Below, in pieces: positions 39,259-52,276 of a DNA stretch of 64,000 nucleotides. Position numbers and translations under genes: made by a program. Numbering within the stretch: position 1 is the first letter of the stretch; each line of letters begins with the position of its first letter. This DNA comes from Octopus vulgaris. Lineage: Eukaryota. The notes beneath the pieces were generated by a model. The model saw nothing but the letters and a program-made list of their open reading frames with translations, was not told where the DNA came from and did not search any database. Location of the stretch: assembly GCA_951406725.2 (NCBI GenBank), contig OX597842.1, forward strand, positions 23,312,001-23,376,000, read 5' to 3'.

Positions 39259-40524
39259 CTGTAAATCCCCGAGTATAGTCTGCCCTTGAGTATAATACGC
39301 AGGGGATTTTTAGGGGGCTGTACCTCCAAAAAACCTAAACCTTGTGTATAATACGCACTTCTCTAACTTGAGTCGTGCGTAATTAAGCCAGCAGCACCTA
39401 ATCGAACGAACACTTCCGTGCATGGGTAATAGAATAATGGTGATGTTCTTAACTGTTATATGGGAATGTAAATATATTTGCAAATTGTTTTTGTTACATG
39501 TTATTCTGTGTTCTGAATACTTTTATTATAATAAATGTTGCTTACTGCAAGTTATGGATGTTTCTTTTATGACTTCATTGCTTTCAGGTTTAGCTTAACC
39601 CTTTCATTACTGTATTTATTTTGAGATGCTCTGTCTTTTTTCCAATTATTTTAAATATAACAAAGAATTTAGTAAAATAACATCATTATCATTAAGCTAG
39701 TGTTAGGAACATAAATTGTGACTAAGGTTTTGTGGAAGATTTGAATTCAAAACTTATGAAAACAAGACATTTATACTAAAGAGCCAGAGCCAGGTTAGTA
39801 ATGAAAGGGTAAAGGTATTTTCATGCCCGACATCACAAAATGTGTCTGAATAAAAATTGTCGGACACAAATAGAGACTCGGAGATTGCTTAGAAAATATT
39901 TTTCATTTTTAACCTTATATATAGTACGCACTAGGGATTTTGACCTTTAAATTTTTGGGGGGAAATGCGGATTATACTCGAGGATTTATGGTATATATTT
40001 ATATATATATACCGTAAATCTTGGAGTATAGTCCGCCCTTGAGTACAATATGCAGGAAATTTTTAGGGGGCTGTATCTCTGAAAAACCTAAATCTTGTGT
40101 ATAATACGCACCTCTTCTCTAACTTGAGTCAATAAGGTCTATATAACGTCCTTGGTTTGTAAAAATGTATATGGTAACGTCCGTTATTATTATTGTATAT
40201 ATAACATAATGCAAACGTGTAGCTTTTTTGTGCATTTTGTTTGCAGAAAATAAAGAAATAACAGTAATAACGTTTAATAAATGTTGCTTACTGCAAGTTA
40301 TGGATGATTCTTTTATGACTTCATTGCTTTCAGGCTTAGCTTAAGGTATTTTCGTGCCCGACATCACAAAATGCGTCTGAATAAACATTGCCGGACAACA
40401 AATAGAGACTCAGACATTGCTGAGAAAATACTTTTCATTTTTAACCTCGTTATATAGTACGCACTTGGAATTTTGACCTTTACATTTTGAGAAAAAACTG
40501 CGGATGATACTCGAGGATTTAAGG
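39259..40524. mobile_element. Two tandem Tc1/mariner(pogo)-type MITEs (39259-39991, 40012-40524) in the last finger of gene 7; nested TTAA MITE ~39599-39809
   Basis: TA|C(C/T)GTAAATC..GAGTATA TIRs with TA TSD; the ZNF terminus resumes at 39258. Confidence 0.8.
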
Positions 40525-40540
40525 TACTCACATGTGTACT

Positions 40541-41470
40541 TCAGTGGCGTTTTCGAAAGAAGGACTCACCACAGATATCACACTGATATGGGTTTTCTCC
40601 AGCATGAATACCTTTGTGACTAGTCAAGTGACTATTTCTAGAGAATGAGGTTCCACAGATATCACAATGATATGATTTCTCTCCTGTATGTGTAGGTTTG
40701 TGTTTAAGCAAGTGAATTTTTTGAGAGAAAGATTTACAACAGATATTACAATGATATGGCTTCTCTCCTGTATGAATACGTTTGTGAATAATTAAAGCAT
40801 TATTTTCAGCAAATGATTTATCACAGATGTCGCAATGATACGGCTTTTCTCCTGTATGTGTAGTTCTGTGTTTACTCAAATCACCACGCCGACGGAATGA
40901 TTTACCACAGATATCACAAGGGTATGGCTTCTCACCCGAATGAATACGTTTGTGTATTGTTAGATGACCCGATTCAGAGAACGATTTATCACAGATATCA
41001 CAGTGAAATGGTTTTTCCCCGGTATGAATACGCTTATGAATAGTCAGCTTACTAGTTTCAGAAAATGATTTACCACAGATGTCACATTTATGAGGTCTTT
41101 CCCCAGTATGAACACGGTGGTGCCTAGTCAATTGACTGTTTCTGGAGAATGATTTACCACAGATATCACAATGAAATGGTTTCTCTCCTGTATGTGTAGG
41201 TCTGTGTTTAATCAGGTCTCCACTCTGAGTGAATGATTTACCACAGATATTGCAATGATACGGCTTCTCCCCTGTATGCGTACGCACGTGACGGGTCAAC
41301 ACAATACTTTGAGAGAATGATTTACCACAGACATTACAGTGATATGGTTTCACCGTTGTCTGAATGCATTTCTGTTTAGTTAAGACTCTTTCTTCGGTGA
41401 AAGGCTTCTCTTCTGTATCAGCGATTTTTGGTTTATTTAAATTACTCATTTTAAGAGAATAATTTGTCAT
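40541..41470 (-). CDS. C2H2 zinc-finger protein 7 (9 complete fingers)
   Basis: First ATG 41470 (the ORF-track start at 41581 is a GTG in an inserted sequence). Acceptor 42016; candidate donor 44746. Confidence 0.8.
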   Translation of the reverse strand: MTNYSLKMSNLNKPKIADTEEKPFTEERVLTKQKCIQTTVKPYHCNVCGKSFSQSIVLTRHVRTHTGEKPYHCNICGKSFTQSGDLIKHRPTHTGEKPFHCDICGKSFSRNSQLTRHHRVHTGERPHKCDICGKSFSETSKLTIHKRIHTGEKPFHCDICDKSFSESGHLTIHKRIHSGEKPYPCDICGKSFRRRGDLSKHRTTHTGEKPYHCDICDKSFAENNALIIHKRIHTGEKPYHCNICCKSFSQKIHLLKHKPTHTGEKSYHCDICGTSFSRNSHLTSHKGIHAGENPYQCDICGESFFRKRH

Positions 41471-43666
41471 ACATGACACAAAGATGTCTTTTTCATTCCA
41501 ATGAATATGGTAGCATTCAGTTGCGTCACTATTTTCAGAGAATAATTTAATATTTACGGAGATATACTTGCATAGCTGCACGGATTTTCGTCAGTGAACA
41601 GGTCGCGGTCTTAAAGCGACGAAAATATTTCAACAAATTAAACTTAAATGTTGAAGTGAATCGAACGGTTTTTGTGTGTTTCTTGAATGGCTTACAAACA
41701 CCTTCCACGCTGCAATTTAATATTATATTTTTTTATCTCTGATTTTGTTTAATATCCAAAACAGATGAAAACTGTCAAGTCCTTTGTAAAGCTAATCAAG
41801 TTTATTTAATCTGTAATGCAATCATCTTCTCTACATTCCACACAGCAAAAACAAGAAAATGTTGCCGTTATTTCCATCATCCAGAAGATATATTTTCCAA
41901 TTCTTTATCATAGATTTTTACTTATATAAAGTAGTTGATTTATTGGTGAAAGCTTTGTAAATTCCTCGTCTTCCTTTAATTGATGATGCGGAAAAAAATC
42001 ATCGGATGTGATATTCTGAAATAGGAAAAGATGGATGGTTAAATGACTTAATTATTCAACATGGCAAATATTACATTAACTTTCATCCATTAAATGTCTA
42101 TGTTTGCATGGACCAGAATCCATTGAAGCATTGAAAGTTTTACATTTTATCCATGGGTGAATTGTTTTTAGGTTTCTCTATATTTTTTTCTTTTATTCAT
42201 TTCAGTCATTTGACTGCAGCCATGCTGGAGCACCGCCTTTAGTCGAGCAAATTGACCCAAGGACGTATTCTTTGTAAGCCTAGTACTTATTCTATCGGTG
42301 TCTTTTGCCGAACCACTAAGTTTACTCTTTTACTTGTTTCAGTCATTTAAATGTGGCCATGCTGGAGCACCGCCTTTAGTTGAGCAAATCGACCCTTGGA
42401 CTTATTCTTTGTAAGCCTAGTACTTATTCTATCGGACTCTTTGCTGAACCGCTAGGTTACGGGGACGTAAACACACCAGCATCGGTTGTCAAGCAATGCT
42501 AGGTGGACAAACACAGACACACACACAATATATATATATATATATATAGAGATATGATGGGCTTCTTTCAGTTTCCATCTACCACATCTACTCACAAGGC
42601 TTTGGTCGGCTTGAGGCTATAGTAGAAGACACTTGCCCAAGGTGCCACGTAGTGGGACTGAACCGAGAACCATGTGGTTGGTAAGCAAGCTACTTACCAC
42701 ACAGCCACTCCTATGCCTATTTATTTATATTTTCCTCATTTTTTCTTTGCTTTCAACTGTTTCCCCTGTGAAGTGGCATGGTCTAGTGGTTAGCGTAAGG
42801 AGGTGAGTTTGATACCCAGTGGCACAATGTGCCCCCAAGGCACTTTATTTCACATTGCATCAGTCCACTCAGCCGGCAAAAATAAGTTGCATCTGTAATT
42901 CAAAGGGCCATCCATGTCATATTGTGTGTCATGCTAGATGCTCCTGAGGACTATATTTAGGGTCCACATGTCTGTAGAACCCTCAGCCATTTGCATGTTT
43001 CTTCTAACACAAAGACACACACATAATTGTATGAATGATACAGATTCCATGCACCAAATTCCCTCATAAGGCTTTAGTTGGCCCAGGGCTGTAGTAGAAG
43101 GCACTTTGTCTAGATGCCACATAGTGTGGGTCAACACAAGACCACTTGCTTTGAAAGCAAATATATGGTTCAATATCCTTTATTTATAATTTTGAGAAAT
43201 ATTTTTGGCTGCTATTTCCAGCAGCTTGTGTGATCTATGTAAAAGCCCTTTTACTGAACAAGGCCCTCGTCATTGTCAGCATTTTAACATCCACTCTTCC
43301 GAGCTCGAAGCAGACATTCTACAGCTGGATGCCCTTCCTGTTGCCAATCCTCACCTGTTTCCAAGTGAAGTGATTTTCCACCAAGTCCAAACATATTTAC
43401 ACGGAACATGGGAAAGAAAGAACATCACCTCCATGATGATAAGGCTTCAGTTGGCCCAGGGCTATAGTAGAAGTCACTTTGTCGAGATGCCATATAGTGT
43501 GGGTCAACACAGGACCACTTGCTTTGAAAGCAAATACATGATAAAAGCCATATAATGACTGCTATTTCTAGCATAGTAAACGACCAGCAGAGGATGAGTT
43601 TTAATGGGTATATGATTGTTCTTATTGTCTGGTTGGTAATGTGGTGATTAGACGAGGGTTACATGT

Positions 43667-44147
43667 AAATGAAGGTACTACTTAAGAAGAGAGGTCCCGG
43701 TGCAAATGAAGGTACTACTTAAGAAGAGAGGTCCCGGTGCAAATGAAGGTACTACTTAAGAAGAGAGGTCCCGGTGCAAATGAAGGTACTACTTAAGAAG
43801 AGAGGTCCCGGTGCAAATGAAGGTACTACTTAAGAAGAGAGGTCCCGGTGCAAATGAAGGTACTACTTAAGAAGAGAGGTCCCGGTGCAAATGAAGGTAC
43901 TACTTAAGAAGAGAGGTCCCGGTGCAAATGAAAGTACTACTTAAGAAGAGAGGTCCCGGTGCAAATGAAGGTACTACTTAAGAAGAGAGGTCCCGGTGCA
44001 AATGAAGGTACTACTTAAGAAGAGAGGTCCCGGTGCAAATGAAGGTACTACTTAAGAAGAGAGGTCCCGGTGCAAATGAAGGTACTACTTAAGAAGAGAG
44101 GTCCCGGTGCAAATGAAGGTACTACTTAAGAAGAGAGGTCCCGGTGC
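43667..44147 (+). repeat. 37-bp tandem array, 13 copies
   Basis: Unit AAATGAAGGTACTACTTAAGAAGAGAGGTCCCGGTGC; one substitution seen (copy at 43926). Confidence 0.95.
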
Positions 44148-44253
44148 GCTCACTCGCGCTAGCTAGTCGTGTTTTATTTACTTAGTTTTAAAAATTATTT
44201 ACTTTGTGTTTGGCGTAACTTCGGTATAAGTACCGGATACATTTCGAGAAAGT

Positions 44254-44305
<52 letters not shown>

Positions 44306-44574
44306 GGGGTTAGGGTTAGGGGTGGGAGAAAAGGGTTTTTGTTATCTTCAGAAATGTAAACAAAGTCATGTTTGTACTTATACCGAAGGATCGCCTTGCG
44401 TTTTTCTGTTTTATTTACTTTGTTTAACAAAAATTATTTATTTTCTGTTTTATTTACTTTGCTAGGTAATCGTTGTAGGACCGACTAGTCACGACTAGCT
44501 AACCCGGATACGCGAGTACGCGCACCGGGACCACTGTTCGGTAGTAGTACCGATCACTCTTCTTAAGTAGTACC
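44118..44574. mobile_element. GGTAC-terminal MITE whose left end forms the 37-bp array
   Basis: GGTACTACTTAAGAAGAG ... CTCTTCTTAAGTAGTACC perfect 18-bp TIR. Confidence 0.85.
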
Positions 44575-44746
44575 GAAAATCAAGAATAAAGATTCCCTAA
44601 ATAGGACCAAAAACCATTTTAATTCTGTTGATTCGTTGCAAGACGTTGGCGGCATTCTAGTAAAAAAAGGAGGATATCCGGGAAGGATCTCCGTCCATCA
44701 AAAGGAAAAGATCCGGAGGGGAATATATTGTGAGATGGTAACTTAC

Positions 44747-45476
44747 TGTGAGAGAAGGGTATCGGGACACCATGTGTTGGGAGTCGGAGCTAAGAGAGCC
44801 AGCAGCATCAGTTCTAGGGGCAGTGAGGGACCTGACTTGCCAAAAGGAAAAGAGGAACAGTCTTGGCAATTGGGTTCCTTTATACGTCCTTCACAATTTC
44901 CATTCAAGGCTGTTGTGATTTGCACATGCGTCGTCGCTGCCTGCATTGTCTCTTTCCGGGTTATTTTTTATGTTTAGCCCTGGGACAGTCCAAGGGGACA
45001 CGGCGGGAATGATCCGTTGTTGAGAACAGGGGTCCCGGTTCGTGCACTTGCGTACTCGCGCATCCCCGCTTGCTAGTCGTGATTAGTCGATCTTTGTGTT
45101 AAAAAATTATTGGATCTTTTCGGTTTGACCGGCAGTTTTTAAAAATAATTTCCACGTAACTAAACACTTTTAAACTTCGTATACTGGTAGAATGTGTTTA
45201 TAAAACATCTTTTTCTCTTGGCTTTATTGAGAAAATTTTACAGTTTGTAAGATATTTGGTCTTAATTATTTAAATTATATATTAGGGTATCTGCAAGATA
45301 CCACCATGCTGAAAATAGCAGCCATGATCCGACTCTAAGGTGGTTTCTAGCGCGTAGAGCCATCTCCTGGAGGATCGGGGAAATATAATCATTTAAAGGG
45401 GAATACCTTTTTACAGCAGTGGAAAATTTAAATATTCATGGTGGTTTAATTTCGGGCACTGATGCGTAAGAATACG
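44747..45476. promoter_or_regulatory. Candidate divergent promoter and first exons of genes 7 (-) and 8 (+)
   Basis: GC-richer. TGCACATGCG and TTTCCGG at ~44921-44958. GAATACG|GTAAGTTGACAAAG donor at 45477 is homologous to 29865. Confidence 0.5.
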
Positions 45477-45578
45477 GTAAGTTGACAAAGATTTATTTTT
45501 AGGTTGTAATAAGAAAAAGTAATATTAAGGAATTTTCCTACGTGTCGTTCGTAAAATGATATAAAAATTTTAAAATTT

Positions 45579-46002
45579 GGCAATCTTTTGTCTCTAGTAG
45601 ACCTTTCCGTCGATTTCCGTAAAAAAATTATTATTTTTTTTTACATATGGGCTTGCGGGAACTTTTGAAGTAATGAGAGCGAAAGAGACTAAGAGAAAGC
45701 GATTGTATGACGAGGGAAATTCTTTTGAAGTTACCGTGCATGTGAAGCATTGATGTACATGTGTGTGTGTGTTTGATGGGGTGTGGGAGACAGACAGTAT
45801 GTTGTGTAAGTGAAGTGCTTCTGTTAGTGTGTGTGAAGAGACAGAGTAATGTGTGAAAGAAAGAGATAACTGAAATTTTTTACTCGGTGTATGTGTATAT
45901 GTATGTACATTACTTCAAAAGTTCCCGCAAACCCATATGTAAAAAAAAAAAAAAATTTTTACGGAAATCGACGGAAAGGTCTACTAGAGACGAAAGATCG
46001 CC
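45579..46002. mobile_element. GG-terminal MITE
   Basis: ~95-bp inverted arms GGCAATCTTTTGTCTCTAGTAGACC.../...GGTCTACTAGAGACGAAAGATCGCC. Confidence 0.8.
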
Positions 46003-46500
46003 AAAAAGTTGATCTCAAAACGTATATTTCAGTAAAACATTTCATAATTATAAGTGGAACACACTACGAACAATGAATGAAAAGTGAGGGAAGATGTTTG
46101 AGTTATTTTGAATAGAGTTTCCCCCTGGACATATTTGAGAATTGTTCAACAATCCACGGCGAGAACACAAAGTAATACAAGTAGCTGGATCTGAGAAAGA
46201 TCGAACCAGTATCGTAATTGTAAGGCTTTAATTGATTATGGGCTGATCTGTAAGTATTTCGTTGGAATTCACAATAAAACGAAGAACAGCCAGGTGTCGC
46301 CGCAAGACATACTAATCGAAATGAAATAAAATTTAGACTAAAACAAATTCGATTTTACGGACATCAAATAGGAAATGACCAATAATAATGTTGAATAGGA
46401 AAATCTGTTTCCTTGTCTTTGACAATTACTTCCAAATCGAAAAGTTGAAAGCCTATTTTTGATGTTACATGCGATGTACATTAATTTAAATGGTTTGTGT

Positions 46501-46502
46501 TA

Positions 46503-46545
<43 letters not shown>

Positions 46546-48876
46546 TGTGTACAGTGCTCAGGTGCACTACAACTCATCTAAAGTGTATATATAATCAGGT
46601 GAAGTTTCGGCGGATTTCGGAAAGCATGAGGGCCTTAAAAGATGCAGTGTCATGGCAGTCAACAACTGACGCAGGCAGTTTATTCCATGCTTCAGCAACT
46701 CTGAGCGTGAAAAAATGTTTCCGAAAGTCATGGGAGCTGTATTGTTTTCTGACTTTGTAGGCATGTCCACGTGTGTTAGACACATGGAGATCAAAAAGGT
46801 GTTTAGTGTTGTTGTTGGTGAGGTGGTTGATAACTTTGTGGGTGTTTACCAAGTCCGTCGCCAAACACCGGAGCTTCAGTGAATCCATGCCCAGGGAAAC
46901 AAGGCGCTCAGAATATGGTAGGTGTCTGATGGAGGGTATGCGTTTGGTTGCACGTCTCTGGACAGATTCCAGGAGGTCAATGTTCTGTGCAAGATAGGGG
47001 TTCCAAACTGATGATGCGAATTCCAAGTGTGGTCGTACCATAGCTGTATACAGTTTTAAATAGATGGCTGGAGAGCGGCTAACAAAAGACCTGCTGAGTG
47101 ATGCCAAGACACCCTCGGCCTTCCTGACAATCTTAGAGATATGCTTTGACCAACGCAAATCACTGCTGACAGTGATGCCTAGGTCACGATCGCAAGAGGA
47201 TTTCTTGATATCAGTGTTGTGGAGGGAGTATGTGAACGCAGGGTTTTTTCTCCCAAAATGCATGGTGGTACACTTGTCCACAGCCAGTTTCAGTTGCCAG
47301 TCTGTGATCCATTGCTGCATTGTGTCTAGGTCTGATTGCAGGAAAGAGTTGTAGACATCAGGATCTGTCCTCTTGATTTCAAGGTACAGCTTGATGTCGT
47401 CTGCATATTTCAATACTGTGGCATTCTTTAAATTGGCATCTATGTCGTTAATGTATGCCACAAACAAGAGGGGGCCAAGGACAGATCCCTGTGGTACACC
47501 CGATGACATCTCATATGGTGTAGAGTGCTGTCCTAGAACTGTGACTACCTCCTTTCGGCTGAGGATGAAGGATTTCAACCAGTTAAAAAGGTCATCCCCC
47601 ACACCCATTGCAGAGAGTTTCACCATAAGCCTTTTGTGTGGCACAGAGTTGAAAGCCTTAGCAAAGTCAAGGTAGACAACATCCACCCATGAGCCACTGT
47701 CAGTAATCTGAGTAATGTCCTCAAGGAACTCGACAAGCTGGTCACTGCAGCTGGAGTTAGGGACAAATCCATATTGTGAGGGTTGGATGAGACTGTGAGA
47801 GCTCCAGAAGTTCCAGAGTGTTTCTCTGACACACGATTCCATCAGTTTTGCAATACAGCTAGTGAGACTGACTGGGCGATAGTTGACAGGTGATGTGCGG
47901 TCGCCCTTTTTGAACAGAGGAATGACACTGGCAGTTTTCCACTGCTCCGGAGTAGCACCATTGTTGAGACAGTACTGGAAGAAAATAGAAAGCTGGTGTA
48001 AAAGGAAGTGCCTGCCACGTTTGAGAAGCAGGTATGTAACTCCATCGAGACCAGGGGAGGCATAGTTGCGCTTATTTTGAAGGTGACGTCGCAGCATTGC
48101 AGGTGTAAATTCCATAGTTGTTATGGAGTTTGCTGTTAGTGATGGTGAAGATGGTACATTTTGACTTTCAACAGTGAATATGTTTGCATAGCACTCGGCA
48201 ATGAGTTCTGCGCATTCCTTGGGGTCGTCAGTGATCTGGTTTGTGTGAGGGTTGCGAAGAGGGCCCACTGGAGAGTGAGGTCTCTGCTTTGAGTGCACAT
48301 ATTTCCAGAAAACCTTGCTGTCAGGATTGGCTGCTATGCACTGTTCAAATTCAAGCACTGCTTTTTTTGTCACTTGCTTGAGATGGTTGGAGGATTTATT
48401 CCGCTTCTTCCTGTTGGTGTCTGATTTATGCAACCTGTATTCCCGTTCAGCAGTCCGACGTTCCCTCCTGGCAAGTCGGACCGCTGAAGTTTCCCAAATT
48501 GCCCTTTTGGGGCGGTTCTTCTTTTTTTGTTTACGTGGCACTGATGCTGCACATGCTGCCCATATTGAGTCCAGGATACTCTGGAGTATAGTATTCACAT
48601 CTCCAGAGTTGTAGAATTCACGCCAGTTTGGGTGCTGTAGTTCAGTGTGGTACAGGTTCCAATCTGCTCTCTTCCAATCGAAGGAAGCAGATTGGAGATG
48701 GTTCAGGTTTTTGTTGCCCGCAAGAGCCAGATTGGCGATGATCATAGCATGATCAGAGTCACCTAGAGGTTCCTCCGTAGTGCAATTGATAACCGCTTCA
48801 GGAGTTGTGGTGAAGAGCAGGTCCAAGGTGTTGTCGCCTCTTGTTGGAGAGGTGACTACTTGTGACCAGTTTGAGT
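46501..48876 (-). mobile_element. 5'-truncated CR1-group LINE with open ORF2 (EN C-terminus + RT), antisense in the intron of gene 8
   Basis: 743-aa ORF with PTRG.NTLDL, NYRPVSLT, GVPQGSVLGPLLF, KYADD; short 3' UTR and (TTA)n tail. Confidence 0.95.
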
Positions 48877-49053
48877 CCGGCGTAATTGATAAATAAAATG
48901 AGAGGAAAGCCAGTGAAAAATATATTAATCGGTTAATCTACAATTTAAGACATGGTCACCTAAAAAAAAAACCCAGCCTACTATGTGTAGAAGACGAATG
49001 TGTAAAAATAAAATTTACGCAAACGAACGTGGATTATTATTATTATTATTATT

Positions 49054-49402
49054 AGGATCTTTTCGGTTTGACCGGCAGTTTTTTAAAAATAATTTCCACG
49101 TAACTAAACACTTTTAAACTTCGTATACTGGTAGAATGTGTTTATAAAATATCTTTTTCTCTTGGCTTTATTGAGAAAATTCTATAGTTTGTAAGATATT
49201 TGTTGTCGTTTTTTTTTTCAATTTCTGCAATTTCAACCTATCAATGATGGTGAAAAACCTTCTGTGCCGTATGAATATGTCCCTCGTTTAAGAAACAGAT
49301 TGGGTTTATTTACATTTCTGAAGAAAAAAAGATACCCTTCCCCCCACCCCTAACCCTAAAACAGATTGAAATGCAATAGATCGATACTAGGGTCATAATT
49401 AT
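49054..49402. mobile_element. GGATC-family MITE (partial); others at 12345-12755, 18548-18700, 29477-29670, 45112-45260, 57035-57331
   Basis: Shared TIR and internal sequence with 4036-4444. Confidence 0.75.
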
Positions 49403-50168
49403 GTCCACGGGTGTTAGACAGGTGGAGTTTGAAAAGGTGCTCAGAGTTATTGTTTGTAAGATGGTTTATTTTTTTTATGTGAACCCTTCCAAGTTATAGT
49501 ATTCACATGGAATCAAAGACACATAAGAACTTTGGTAAAATATGGTTCTCTGTTCTTAGATGTATCAAGCTTTGCTTTTTCTGAAAGATATGAGGAGATA
49601 ACTTTAGACTGGCCATACCTAAACATTTGTTTAGGTATGGCCAGTTTTTCAACACCTCAATGAATTCCGACCCATGTGAAAATAGGCATTAAATGGATGA
49701 CAGTGATGATGCAGTAATATTTGCAATGTTCAATTACTTTATCATTTATCTTCTACTCTTTATCTCACTGTTTCTTTTCTTATTTCAGAATATCCCACCT
49801 TGTTGACGTCAAAGAAATGTCTTCATTGAGATGTGCCTCTGATGTTTTTATCAACTTTTATTGACTAAAGAAAGACGATATATTTATAAGGAGCATTCAT
49901 CAACACATCAATCTCTTTATATAAATAATATCTATGACAAACAACAGTGAAATATTTTTCTTGTCTTCACTGTCTGGAATGTAGAGGAGGTGATTGCTTT
50001 ACATGTTGGATAACTTTACAAACAAGTTGACAGTTTTCACCTGCTGAGTTAGATATTAAATAATCCCACAGATGAGAGAAACATAGCCTTAAATTTTTCC
50101 CTGAAAATAGTGACTCAACTGAACATGAACATATTCATAGAAATGAAAAAAATATCATTGTGATATGT

Positions 50169-51656
50169 ATGGTAAATTATTCTCTCATGATGAATAATTT
50201 AATAAAATCTGACAACTGTAATACAGGAGAGGAATCATATTCCTGTGATGTCTGTGGTAAATCATTCTCTGGAAAAAGTTACTTGACTGTTCACAAACGT
50301 ACACATACAGGAGAGAAGCCATATCAGTGTGATATCTGTGGTAAATCTTTCTCTTGCAGTAGTCACTTGTGTAGACATAAACGTATTCATACCGGGGAAA
50401 AACAATATCATTGTGACATCTGTGGTAAATCATTCTTTCAGAGCAGTACTTTAATTAGACACAGAAGTGTTCATACAGGTGAGAAGCCATATCATTGTGA
50501 TATCTGTGGTCAGGTATTCTCTCAAAGTAATTACTTGACCATTCACAGACGTGTCCATACTGGAGAAAAACCATATCACTGTGATATCTGTGGTAAATCA
50601 TTTTCTCAAAATAACACTGTAACTAGTCACAAACGTACACATACAGGAGAAAAGCCATATCATTGTGACATCTGTGGTAAATCATTCATGGAAAATGGTC
50701 ACTTGACTAAACACAAACTGATTCACACAAAAGAAAAACCATATCATTGTGATATCTGTGGCAAATCATTTTCTCAAAATGGTCACTTGACTGGTCACAG
50801 ACGTATCCATACTGGGGAAAAACCATATCACTGTGATATATGTGACAAATCATTTTCTGAAAACAGCGCTTTAACTAAACACAAACTTGTTCATACAGGT
50901 GAGAAACCATATCATTGTGATATCTGTGGCAAATCGTTCTCTCAAAATAGTCAGTTGACGAGTCACAGACTTACTCATGCTAGAGAAAAGTCATATTCCT
51001 GTGATGTTTGTGATAAATCATTTTCTAAAAATAGCACTTTAACTAAACACAAAAATATTCATACAGGTGAGAAGCCGTATCATTGCAATACCTGTGGTAA
51101 ATCATTCTCTTGTAATAGTGCTTTAACTAGTCACAGACGTATTCATACTGGGGAAAAACTATATCATTGTGATATCTGTGGTAAATCATTTGCTGACAGT
51201 AGCAATTTAACTTATCACAAACGTGTTCATACAGGAGAGAAGCCATATGATTGTAACATCTGTGGTAAATCATTCTCCCGAAGTAGTTACTTGACTAGTC
51301 ACAGACGTGTTCACACAGGAGAAAAACCATATCATTGTGATATCTGTGGTAAATCATTTTCTCACAACAATACTTTAAATAATCACAAACGCGTTCATAC
51401 AGGAGAGAAGCCATATCATTGTGATATCTGTGGTAAATCATTCTCTGAAAGTAGTTACTTGACTATTCACAGACGTGTTCACACTGGGGAAAGACCATAT
51501 CACTGTGATATTTGTGGTAAATCATTTTCTTACAATAACAATTTAACCAGTCACAAGCGTATTCATACTGGAGAGAAGCCATATCATTGTGATGTCTGTG
51601 GTAAATCATTCTTTAAAAAAGGCCATTTAAGTACACATGTGAGTAGTCACACATAA
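50169..51656 (+). CDS. C2H2 zinc-finger protein 8 (17 fingers)
   Basis: Uninterrupted ORF from ATG 50169. Predicted intron 45477..49788. Conserved 3' UTR displaced to 52945-53200, with AATAAA at 53141 and 53162. Confidence 0.9.
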   Translation: MVNYSLMMNNLIKSDNCNTGEESYSCDVCGKSFSGKSYLTVHKRTHTGEKPYQCDICGKSFSCSSHLCRHKRIHTGEKQYHCDICGKSFFQSSTLIRHRSVHTGEKPYHCDICGQVFSQSNYLTIHRRVHTGEKPYHCDICGKSFSQNNTVTSHKRTHTGEKPYHCDICGKSFMENGHLTKHKLIHTKEKPYHCDICGKSFSQNGHLTGHRRIHTGEKPYHCDICDKSFSENSALTKHKLVHTGEKPYHCDICGKSFSQNSQLTSHRLTHAREKSYSCDVCDKSFSKNSTLTKHKNIHTGEKPYHCNTCGKSFSCNSALTSHRRIHTGEKLYHCDICGKSFADSSNLTYHKRVHTGEKPYDCNICGKSFSRSSYLTSHRRVHTGEKPYHCDICGKSFSHNNTLNNHKRVHTGEKPYHCDICGKSFSESSYLTIHRRVHTGERPYHCDICGKSFSYNNNLTSHKRIHTGEKPYHCDVCGKSFFKKGHLSTHVSSHT

Positions 51657-51696
51657 GTGTTACTGTAACTGTACATTTACTATAGAGCAGTTGTAT

Positions 51697-51908
51697 ACTC
51701 TCTCTTTTACTTGTTTCAGTCATGTGACTGTGGCCATGCTGGAGCACCGCCTTTAGTCGATCAAATCGACCCCGGGACTTATTCTTTGTAAGCCTAGTAC
51801 TTATTCTATTGGTCTCTTTTGCCGAACCACTAAATTACAGGGATGTAAACACACCAACATCGGTTGTCAAGTGATGCTGGGGGGACAAACACAGACACGC
51901 AAACACGC

Positions 51909-51943
<35 letters not shown>

Positions 51944-52115
51944 CTTATATACGACAGGCTTCTTTCAGTTTCCGTCTACCAAATCCACTCAGAAGTCTTT
52001 GGTCGGCCCGAGGCTATAGTAGAAGACACTTGCCCAAGGTGCCACACAGTGGGACTGAACCCGGAACCGTGTGGTTCATAAGCAAACTACTTACCACACG
52101 GCCACTCCTACGCCT
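51697..52115 (-). mobile_element. SINE family A (inverted partner at 52451-52835, +)
   Basis: Full-length copies in opposite orientation within the predicted 3' UTR of gene 8. Confidence 0.85.
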
Positions 52116-52276
52116 ATTGTCCTACTGTCAACTTAACGTGACAGTCCCATAAAAGGAATTACACCACCGTTGTTTAGCCCTAGGAAGCATCAACGCTCCC
52201 TATTGGCCTTGACACATTTTCTGTGTCCTTATGTTTACAAGGGGTAGACAAGCACCCTCATCCAGCTAAGCCTTAA

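Noticed and set aside
41471-41581. ORF-track N-terminal extensions starting at GTG/TTG (also 5533, 28023, 31681, 50160, 60566)
   Set aside because: Non-ATG starts; first in-frame ATGs used instead. The 41581 start lies in an inserted sequence.
43667-44147. 37-bp repeats as a CRISPR array
   Set aside because: Units are directly abutted with no spacers; they derive from a MITE end; no cas genes; eukaryotic context.
46595-48826. RT as a retron, DGR or domesticated host gene diversifying the fingers
   Set aside because: Ordinary 5'-truncated CR1-group ORF2 with its own tail; no template/variable repeat pair seen.
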